Sequence record: SRR20825015_537
Reading direction: 5' to 3' (one strand)
Length of the DNA stretch: 26,378 nt
Below the pieces are notes generated by a model that did no database searches, was not told the DNA's origin, and worked only from the letters and a program-made list of their open reading frames with translations. Shown here one piece after another: positions 1-6,390 of the stretch. A program made the translations under genes and the position numbers. The stretch's first letter is position 1. The number at the start of each line of letters is the position of its first letter.

Positions 1-819
1 TACGACGAGACGATCCGCCAGAAGGCCGCCGACGGCACGCCGCTGGTGGATGTCATCAAGGCCTCCGGCGCTGTTCCGGGAATCAAGGTCGATGGCGGCG
101 CGAAACCGCTGGCCGGTTTTGACGGCGAGACCATCACTGAAGGTCTCGACGGCCTGCGCGAACGTCTTGCGGAATATTACGGTCTTGGCGCGCGCTTTGC
201 CAAATGGCGCGGTGTGATCTCGATTTCGAACGATCTGCCAAGCTGGGGGGCCGTGAAGCAGAACGCACAGGCCCTCGCCCGCTACGCGGCACTTTGCCAG
301 GAAGCCGGCATTGTGCCGATCGTAGAGCCCGAAGTTCTGATGGATGGCAAGCCGGGCGATCATTCCATCGACCGCTGCTACGAGGTGACCGAGTGGGTTC
401 TGAAGACCGTCTTTGCCGAGCTCTACGACGCGCGTGTTTCGCTTGAGGGCATGGTCTTGAAACCGAACATGGTGATCGACGGCAAGAACGCCCGCAAGGC
501 GAGCCGCGAGGAAGTGGCTGAAAAGACCGTGCGCTGCCTGAAATCGACCGTGCCGGCCGCGGTGCCCGGCATCGCCTTCCTTTCGGGCGGCCAGTCGGAT
601 GAAGAGGCCACGGCGCATCTCTCGCTCATGAATGCTGGCTTCGACATGCCCTGGGCTCTGACATTTTCCTATGGTCGCGCGCTGCAGGCTGCGGCGCTCA
701 AGACCTGGGCCGGCAAGAAGGAAAACGTGGCAGCAGCGCAGAAGGCTTTCGCGCACCGCGCGAAGATGAACAGCCTTGCCGCCACCGGCCAGTGGAAGCA
801 GGACCTCGAGGCTGCCTGA
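1..819 (+). CDS. Class I fructose-bisphosphate aldolase (5'-truncated by the window)
   Basis: Frame is open from base 1 (YDETIRQK...). Motifs GIKVD, FAKWR, VPIVEPEV, LKPNMV (Schiff-base Lys), FLSGGQS and TFSYGRALQ are present. Confidence 0.96.
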   Translation, partial: YDETIRQKAADGTPLVDVIKASGAVPGIKVDGGAKPLAGFDGETITEGLDGLRERLAEYYGLGARFAKWRGVISISNDLPSWGAVKQNAQALARYAALCQEAGIVPIVEPEVLMDGKPGDHSIDRCYEVTEWVLKTVFAELYDARVSLEGMVLKPNMVIDGKNARKASREEVAEKTVRCLKSTVPAAVPGIAFLSGGQSDEEATAHLSLMNAGFDMPWALTFSYGRALQAAALKTWAGKKENVAAAQKAFAHRAKMNSLAATGQWKQDLEAA

Positions 820-845
820 TCAGGCGGATTTGAAGACACGGAATC

Positions 846-880
846 GGCCCGTCGGCGCTTGTCGGCGGGTCTTTTCTTTT
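846..880 (+). terminator. Intrinsic terminator after the aldolase gene
   Basis: GGCCCGTCGGC-GCTT-GTCGGCGGGTC stem (with G-U pairs) followed by TTTTCTTTT. Confidence 0.8.
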
Positions 881-900
881 GGTCTGCTACGGGAAAAGGC

Positions 901-1062
901 CTACTCTCCCCCACGCAGAAGGATCGTGAGCGAGACCATGGCTAGCGCGATCAGGGCCAGCTTCCAGAAATCTGCCCGCCGCCTGAGGCCCGGAAGGCCG
1001 AGCGGCTTTATAATGTGCACGATCATCATCGCCAGGATGAGAAGAAGCAGGATCTTGGTCAT
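901..1062 (-). CDS. Small (53 aa) membrane protein of unknown function
   Basis: MTKILLLLILAMMIVHIIKPLGLPGLRRRADFWKLALIALAMVSLTILLRGGE: two hydrophobic segments flank a basic loop. It fills the gap between the aldolase terminator and prpE. Start taken at ATG 1062 rather than the longer track start. Confidence 0.75.
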   Translation of the reverse strand: MTKILLLLILAMMIVHIIKPLGLPGLRRRADFWKLALIALAMVSLTILLRGGE

Positions 1063-1212
1063 GAAGGCCCGATTCGCGAAGTCATGCCCTGTTGTGCCTC
1101 CCTGCCGGCCTGCTGTCAAAAGCGCACCCTTCACCGCAAGTCTGATTTACGCACGACCCTGCGATCCGCTAACCTCTCAATAAAGAGGCTCAAACCGCAG
1201 GGAGGAGGCGGG

Positions 1213-3114
1213 ATGACGTCGCGCTATCACGAGGTTTATTCGGGCTGGCAGCAGGATCCCGAGGGGTTCTGGGTGAAGGCCGCGGCCGAGATCGACTGGT
1301 TCAGTCCCTGGGAAAGGGTTTTCGACGTAGAGACCGGCGTCTATGGACGCTGGTTTCCCGGCGCGACCTGCAACACGTGTTTCAATGCGGTGGATCGGCA
1401 TGTCGAGGGTGGGCGAAAGGATCAGCCCGCCCTTGTCTATGACAGCCCCATCAGCGGCCGGAAGAAAAGCTTCACCTATGGGGAAGTGAAAGACGAGGTT
1501 TCGGCGCTGGCCGCCGTACTGAAGGATTTCGGCGTCGGCAAGGGCGACCGCGTGGTCATCTACATGCCGATGGTGCCGGAGGCTGTGTTTGCCATGCTCG
1601 CCTGCGCGCGCATTGGTGCCGTGCATTCGGTGGTGTTTGGTGGGTTCGCCGCAAGAGAGCTTGCAGCGCGCATAGACGATGCAACGCCAAAGGCGATCAT
1701 CTCGGCCTCCTGCGGACTGGAGCCCGGCCGTGTGGTTGCCTACAAGCCTCTGCTCGATGAGGCGATCCGTCTCTCCGCCGCCAAGCCGAAGGCCTGCCTG
1801 ATCCTGCAGCGGGAGGATCGGCGCTGCGACCTGACGGAAGGCCGCGACCATGACTATGCGGAACTGGTGGGCGCTCACCGGGCAGCAGGAAGCGTGGTGG
1901 ATTGCGAGCCCGTGCTTGCGACCGACCCGCTCTACATCCTCTACACGTCGGGCACGACGGGGCGGCCCAAGGGCGTGGTGCGCGACAATGGCGGCCACAT
2001 GGTGCGGCTCAAATGGTCGATGTTCAACGAGTTCGGCATTGAGCCCGGCGAGACGTTCTGGGCAGCCTCGGACGTGGGTTGGGTGGTGGGCCATTCCTAC
2101 ATCGTCTATGCGCCGCTGCTCCACGGCTGTACCACAGTGCTTTTCGAGGGCAAGCCGGTCGGTACCCCTGATGCCGGCGTATTCTGGCGGGTGATCGCGG
2201 AGCACAAGGTGGCCGCACTCTTCACCGCGCCGACCGCGTTTCGCGCGATCCGCACGGCAGACCCGGACGCAGAGATGCTGGCCCCGCACGACCTCTCCGG
2301 CTTCCGCACGCTGTTCCTTGCCGGCGAAAGGGCAGATCCCGACACGGTGAAATGGGCGGAGAAGACCCTGGGCGTCCCGGTGATCGATCACTGGTGGCAG
2401 ACGGAAACCGGCGCACCGATCAGCCAGGATCCGGTCGGGTTAGGAATGCTGCCTGTGAAATACGGCTCGCCCGGCGTGCCGATGCCGGGCTACGACGTTC
2501 AGGTTCTGGACGATGCGGGCCACCGGGTGCCGGCGGGCACGCTCGGCAATGTGGTGATCAAACTGCCGCTGCCTCCAGGCGCGCTTCCGACGCTTTGGAA
2601 CGACGACAGGCGCTTTCGCGATGCCTATCTCACCGAGTTTCCCGGCTATTACAAAACGGCGGATGCCGGCATGCTGGACGAAGATGGCTATCTCTTCATC
2701 ATGGCGCGCACGGACGACATCATCAACGTGGCGGGCCACCGGCTTTCCACCGGCGGCATGGAGGAGGTGGTGGCCGAGCATCCGGCCGTCGCCGAATGCG
2801 CGGTGATCGGCATCGCCGATCCGCTCAAGGGACAGGTGCCCTGCGGCTTCGTGGTGCTGCACGGAAAGAATGCGGCTGATATCCGCACCGTTGAGCGCGA
2901 ATTGATCGCCATGGTACGCGAGCGCATCGGTCCTGTAGCAGCGTTCAAGAAGGTGGTTTCGGTGAAGCGACTGCCCAAGACGCGTTCCGGCAAGATCCTG
3001 CGCGCCACCATGCAGAAGATCGCCGACCGTCAGGAGTGGTCGATGCCTGCCACCATCGACGACCCTGCCATTCTTGATGAAATCGGCGAAGCGCTGGGCG
3101 AGACGGATTCCTGA
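1213..3114 (+). CDS. prpE: Propionyl-CoA synthetase (acetate/propionate-CoA ligase family)
   Basis: GGAGGAGG SD before ATG 1213. AMP-binding loop YILYTSGTTGRPKG, DHWWQTETG, DDIINVAGHRLST and the acetylation-site motif PKTRSGK; VVRDNGGH is typical of the PrpE subfamily. Confidence 0.88.
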   Translation: MTSRYHEVYSGWQQDPEGFWVKAAAEIDWFSPWERVFDVETGVYGRWFPGATCNTCFNAVDRHVEGGRKDQPALVYDSPISGRKKSFTYGEVKDEVSALAAVLKDFGVGKGDRVVIYMPMVPEAVFAMLACARIGAVHSVVFGGFAARELAARIDDATPKAIISASCGLEPGRVVAYKPLLDEAIRLSAAKPKACLILQREDRRCDLTEGRDHDYAELVGAHRAAGSVVDCEPVLATDPLYILYTSGTTGRPKGVVRDNGGHMVRLKWSMFNEFGIEPGETFWAASDVGWVVGHSYIVYAPLLHGCTTVLFEGKPVGTPDAGVFWRVIAEHKVAALFTAPTAFRAIRTADPDAEMLAPHDLSGFRTLFLAGERADPDTVKWAEKTLGVPVIDHWWQTETGAPISQDPVGLGMLPVKYGSPGVPMPGYDVQVLDDAGHRVPAGTLGNVVIKLPLPPGALPTLWNDDRRFRDAYLTEFPGYYKTADAGMLDEDGYLFIMARTDDIINVAGHRLSTGGMEEVVAEHPAVAECAVIGIADPLKGQVPCGFVVLHGKNAADIRTVERELIAMVRERIGPVAAFKKVVSVKRLPKTRSGKILRATMQKIADRQEWSMPATIDDPAILDEIGEALGETDS

Positions 3115-3189
3115 TCGCGCGTTGGCGGGCACTTGACCTTCGGGGCCCCTCGTCGCAGGGTCCAGCCGTTTTCGGCACGGGGATTCACC

Positions 3190-3984
3190 ATGGCACTGGA
3201 CGGCAAGACGGCAATCGTAACAGGCGGGGCGGGTGGCATAGGCTATGCAATCGCAGAGCGGTTTCTGCGCCACGGTGTCAAGGTCGTGATCGCCGACCTG
3301 GACAGTGAAAAGGGCAAGCAGGCCCTTTCCGATCTTGAAAAGCTGGGCAATGCGCGCTTCGTGAAAGCCGATGTGAGCAAGAGGCTCGATGTGCACAACC
3401 TGCTGGCTGAAACGATTGACGCCTTCGGCGACGTGGACATTCTCGTCAACAATGCCGGCGTCGTGCACGCGGCGGGTTTCCTCGATTTGAAGGAAGAGGA
3501 TTTCAACCGGGTTCTCGACACAAATCTCAAAGGCACTTTCCTCACTGGGCAAGCTGTCGCGCGCTATATGGTCGAAAAGGTCGAAGGCGGCGGCGCTGCA
3601 GGAACGATCATCAACATGTCGTCGATCAATGCCATTCTCGCCATACCGGAGCAGATTGCCTACACGGTGTCGAAGGGAGGTGTCAGCCAGCTTACCCGCG
3701 TCATGGCACTGGCGCTGGCGCCCTATGGCATACGTGTAAACGCCATTGGACCGGGCTCGATCGCGACCGACATGTTGTCCAGTGTCAACAGCGATCAGAC
3801 CGCACGCAACCGTATGCTGTCGCGCACCCCGCTCGGGCGTGTTGGAGAACCGGGCGAGATCGCATCGATAGCGACCTTTCTGGCCGACGACGATTCGAGC
3901 TATGTGACCGGGCAAACCATCTATGCCGATGGAGGCCGGCTGCCGCTGAATTACACGGTCGAGGTCAAGCCGGAAACCTCCTGA
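3190..3984 (+). CDS. Short-chain dehydrogenase/reductase (SDR), substrate unknown
   Basis: TGGAGGIG Rossmann motif, NNAG, catalytic YTVSK (YxxxK), GIRVNAIGPG, YVTGQTIYADGG. Confidence 0.93.
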   Translation: MALDGKTAIVTGGAGGIGYAIAERFLRHGVKVVIADLDSEKGKQALSDLEKLGNARFVKADVSKRLDVHNLLAETIDAFGDVDILVNNAGVVHAAGFLDLKEEDFNRVLDTNLKGTFLTGQAVARYMVEKVEGGGAAGTIINMSSINAILAIPEQIAYTVSKGGVSQLTRVMALALAPYGIRVNAIGPGSIATDMLSSVNSDQTARNRMLSRTPLGRVGEPGEIASIATFLADDDSSYVTGQTIYADGGRLPLNYTVEVKPETS

Positions 3985-4015
3985 CAAAACGCTGTCACCA
4001 CCGGCAGGCGATAAT
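3977..4015 (+). promoter_or_regulatory. Putative HTH-WYL operator copy 1 (CCTCCTGAC-N8-GTCA) with -10 element GATAAT
   Basis: CCTCCTGAC-AAAACGCT-GTCA at 3977-3997 overlaps the SDR stop codon. GATAAT is at 4010-4015. Same core and spacing as the palindrome at 4237-4270. Confidence 0.6.
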
Positions 4016-4044
4016 GCTCCCGCCAGAATCAGGAGATTGTTGCC

Positions 4045-4206
4045 ATGTCAGACTTCCCCGGAAGCCTCCTCAGCGCTGTCCGCCGCTGGGCCGACCAAAC
4101 CCGTGATCGCCGGCGGCGTCGGTTGACCAGACGGATGCTGAACGACCTGCCGATAACAGTGCAACGCGATATCGACTGGGATCCAACCGGTCGATACCGG
4201 CGATAG
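4045..4206 (+). CDS. Small Arg-rich DUF1127-like protein (53 aa), not in the ORF track
   Basis: AGGAGA SD at 4031-4036, ATG 4045, TAG 4204-4206. MSDFPGSLLSAVRRWADQTRDRRRRRLTRRMLNDLPITVQRDIDWDPTGRYRR resembles the DUF1127 pattern W..RRR.TRR.L..L......DIG. Confidence 0.72.
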   Translation: MSDFPGSLLSAVRRWADQTRDRRRRRLTRRMLNDLPITVQRDIDWDPTGRYRR

Positions 4207-4236
4207 GCCCTCCAGAGATCTCAGGCAACACTTTTG

Positions 4237-4279
4237 CAGCCCTCCTGACGGAATGTTGTCAGGAGGGCTGTGTCATTGT
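4237..4279 (+). promoter_or_regulatory. Putative HTH-WYL operator copy 2 (perfect 13-bp inverted repeat) with -10-like CATTGT
   Basis: CAGCCCTCCTGAC-GGAATGTT-GTCAGGAGGGCTG at 4237-4270. No U-tract follows on either strand. It lies 38 nt upstream of the VOC start. Confidence 0.7.
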
Positions 4280-4308
4280 CACCCATCGACAATGGAGGGT
4301 TGCGAAAC

Positions 4309-4683
4309 ATGTCCGATACGTTGCCGCTAAACGCAGTGGTCTGGGCGGAAATTCCTGTGACAGATCTCGACCGTGCGCGGGCCTTTTATGCCGCCGTGGT
4401 CCAGAACGAGCTGGTGCTGCGCGAGGATGGGCCAAATCCTTTTGCCATTTTTGACACCCGAGACCCGCAGGATTCTGTCGCCGGACATATCTACCCCGGC
4501 AAGCCGGCCCCGGAGGGGACCGGTCCGACAGTTCATCTGGCCGTGCCACCCCCGCTTGAAAACGCCATGGAGCGTGTCACAACGAATGGTGGTAAACTGG
4601 TATCACCCATAATCACTATTCCTGCCGGTCGTTTCGTGTATTGTCTCGACCCCGACGGAAACAGCTTCGGAATTTTTGCGTGA
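4309..4683 (+). CDS. VOC (glyoxalase/bleomycin resistance) family protein
   Basis: GGAGG SD, ATG 4309. Motifs VWAEIPVTDLDRARAFY and GRFVYCLDPDGNSFG. Confidence 0.92.
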   Translation: MSDTLPLNAVVWAEIPVTDLDRARAFYAAVVQNELVLREDGPNPFAIFDTRDPQDSVAGHIYPGKPAPEGTGPTVHLAVPPPLENAMERVTTNGGKLVSPIITIPAGRFVYCLDPDGNSFGIFA

Positions 4684-4695
4684 GGAGAAATACGC

Positions 4696-5406
4696 ATGCG
4701 CCGTGCTGACCGACTTTTCCAGATCGTCCAGCATTTGCGGGGCGGGCGCCTGGTTACGGCGCGTCTTTTAAGTGAACGCCTCGAGGTTTCGGAGCGCACG
4801 ATCTATCGCGATATTGCGGATCTTCAGTCCACCGGTGTGCCAATAGACGGTGAGGCTGGGGTCGGATATCTGATGCGGGAGGGGTTCGAACTTCCACCGC
4901 TCATGTTCACGCGTGACGAGATCGTGGCCCTCGTCGCTGGCGCGCGTATGGTCCGCGCCTTTGGCGGCGCCGCCATGGCCCGTGCGGCGGAAGAGGCGCT
5001 GGTGAAGATAGGAACCGTCCTGCCGGAGCCGGAGCGCGACCGCATTGCACGCACCGAAATCCACACACCGCGCTGGGTCGTCAGCGATATCGAGCGCGAG
5101 GCCATCGACACGCTTGAACGCTCTGTGGAAACGCGGGACGTGCTTTCCATCGATTATCGCGACGAAGCCGGACGCACCTCGAAGCGAGACGTTCGCCCGC
5201 TTGGTCTGTGGTTCTGGGGAAAGGTGTGGACGCTGGTAGCGTGGTGTGAGTTACGCGGAGATTTTCGCACGTTCCGCATCGACCGCATCGCCACCATGGC
5301 CCTCGCCGGGCGAACGTTCCGTCCCGAGCGCGGCAAGCAGCTTGCCGACTTCTATAGGCGGATGGAAATGCACGAGGCCATGATGGGCAGGGCTTGCGCG
5401 AGCTGA
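4696..5406 (+). CDS. YafY-family winged-HTH + WYL domain transcriptional regulator
   Basis: HTH ERLEVSERTIYRDIADL, GEAGVGY, LPPLMFT; WYL domain RDVRPLGL...WTLVAWCELRGDFRTFRIDRI. At 236 aa there is no room for a C-terminal WCX domain. GAGGAG SD. Confidence 0.93.
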   Translation: MRRADRLFQIVQHLRGGRLVTARLLSERLEVSERTIYRDIADLQSTGVPIDGEAGVGYLMREGFELPPLMFTRDEIVALVAGARMVRAFGGAAMARAAEEALVKIGTVLPEPERDRIARTEIHTPRWVVSDIEREAIDTLERSVETRDVLSIDYRDEAGRTSKRDVRPLGLWFWGKVWTLVAWCELRGDFRTFRIDRIATMALAGRTFRPERGKQLADFYRRMEMHEAMMGRACAS

Positions 5407-5438
5407 GGCGATGCTCCCCGATGGCCGGGGAGCGCCTC
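5405..5438. terminator. Hairpin between the convergent yafY-like gene and trcR
   Basis: GCTCCCCG-ATGGC-CGGGGAGC core with GAGGC/GCCTC outer stem, followed by TATTTT on the + strand. Confidence 0.6.
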
Positions 5439-5448
5439 TATTTTCAGA

Positions 5449-6162
5449 TCAGGACCGCTCGTCCTCGTCTTCTTCGTCCGCATCACTGGATTTCAGCGAC
5501 GACAACTTGGCGAAAACTGCATCCGCGTCCAGTTCCTGTTCATCGGACGACGTGTCGGCGGCTGCCTGGTCACCAAGCGGCAGGTCTTCCGTTTCCGAAG
5601 CGGGGAGCAGGGTTTCACCGGTGTTCTCTTGGGGCGGGAGGTATTTTGCCGCGCGCTGCACTTCCAGATCGAGATCAATCTGCGAGCAAAGCCCCAGCGT
5701 CACCGGGTCCATGGGAACGAGGTTCGCCGAGTTCCAGTGCGTACGCTCACGGATGGCCTCAATGGTCGATTTCGTGGTGCCCACGAGACGCGAGATCTGG
5801 GCGTCCTTGAGTTCAGGATGATTGCGCACCAGCCAGAGAATTGCGTTGGGGCGGTCCTGGCGTTTGGAAAGCGGCGTGTAGCGCGGTCCCTTCCTTTTGG
5901 CCTCGGGAACACGGACCTTCGGCTCAGACAACCGCAATTTGTGGTTCGGATTTTCCTCCCCGAGGGCGATCTCCTCGCGGGTAAGCTGTCCGGTCATCAC
6001 CGGGTCCATACCCTTGATGCCCTGGGCAGCGTCACCATCTGCAATGGCGCCCACCTCAAGCGGATGCAGTTTGCAGAATTCGGCAATCTGATCGAAGGTC
6101 AGTGCCGTGTTATCGACCAGCCAGACGGCGGTGGCCTTGGGCATGAGAAGCGTGTTGGCCAT
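5449..6162 (-). CDS. trcR: DUF1013 protein, TrcR-type RNA-polymerase-associated cell-cycle regulator
   Basis: LMPKATAVWLVDNTALTFDQIA, RYTPLSKRQDRPNAILWL, LKDAQISRLVGTTK, DPVTLGLCSQIDLD and an acidic C-tail. Confidence 0.88.
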   Translation of the reverse strand: MANTLLMPKATAVWLVDNTALTFDQIAEFCKLHPLEVGAIADGDAAQGIKGMDPVMTGQLTREEIALGEENPNHKLRLSEPKVRVPEAKRKGPRYTPLSKRQDRPNAILWLVRNHPELKDAQISRLVGTTKSTIEAIRERTHWNSANLVPMDPVTLGLCSQIDLDLEVQRAAKYLPPQENTGETLLPASETEDLPLGDQAAADTSSDEQELDADAVFAKLSSLKSSDADEEDEDERS

Positions 6163-6243
6163 GTTTCAAGAATCCTCTTCCTTCGCCCGCGTCCCTAGCG
6201 CGGGCGGTGGTCACAACCACCGATGTTGGGAAATATCGTCCGC

Positions 6244-6273
6244 GTTATAAACTGAAATACCCGGCAGACGCAA
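6244..6273 (-). promoter_or_regulatory. Putative sigma70 promoter of trcR
   Basis: Minus strand TTGCGT-N18-TATAAC about 80 nt upstream of the start. Confidence 0.45.
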
Positions 6274-6300
6274 CAAATTGCGCGCTCCCTCAATTGGGGA

Positions 6301-6344
6301 GCGTCACCGAACCGTCATCGATGTGTCATCGGGATGAAATCAAC
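6301..6344 (+). promoter_or_regulatory. Putative PhoB-binding (Pho box) array
   Basis: GTCAC (6303), GTCAT (6314), GTCAT (6325) and degenerate GAAAT (6336) at an exact 11-bp period, matching CTGTCAT-N4 repeats, 46 nt upstream of a phosphatase-like gene. Confidence 0.75.
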
Positions 6345-6390
6345 CCTCTCGATTGTGCCGCTCCTATGGGTCTTGAGGGAGTTTTCAGAC

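Noticed and set aside
1015-1212. Extended N-terminus of the prpE ORF in the track; similar extensions on the ORFs starting at 9810(-), 11905, 14644, 18862 and 26018(-)
   Set aside because: Better SD-supported downstream starts exist and the extensions overlap neighbouring genes or promoters.
1999-2013. PrpE reads GGHMVRLKW where I recall GGHMVALKW in homologues (CGG versus GCG)
   Set aside because: Single-residue difference from memory; could be natural or a base-call swap. The frame and catalytic motifs are intact, so it is not a pseudogene.
1177-3987. Long antisense ORFs (404 aa, 515 aa) opposite prpE and the SDR; similar ones at 6976-8271, 8641-9681, 15523-16965, 19558-20430 and 24120-25226
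   Set aside because: Shadow ORFs expected opposite high-GC genes; they have no recognisable motifs and fully overlap well-supported CDSs.
4207-4250. CCCTCC motifs downstream of the DUF1127-like ORF, suggesting cuckoo/CcsR sRNAs
   Set aside because: No CCTCCTCCC loop in repeated hairpins; the second CCTCC is part of the operator palindrome.
4237-4270. 13-bp palindrome as an intrinsic terminator or transposon end
   Set aside because: No U-tract follows on either strand and no transposase is nearby; a second copy with the same spacing to a -10 element favours an operator.
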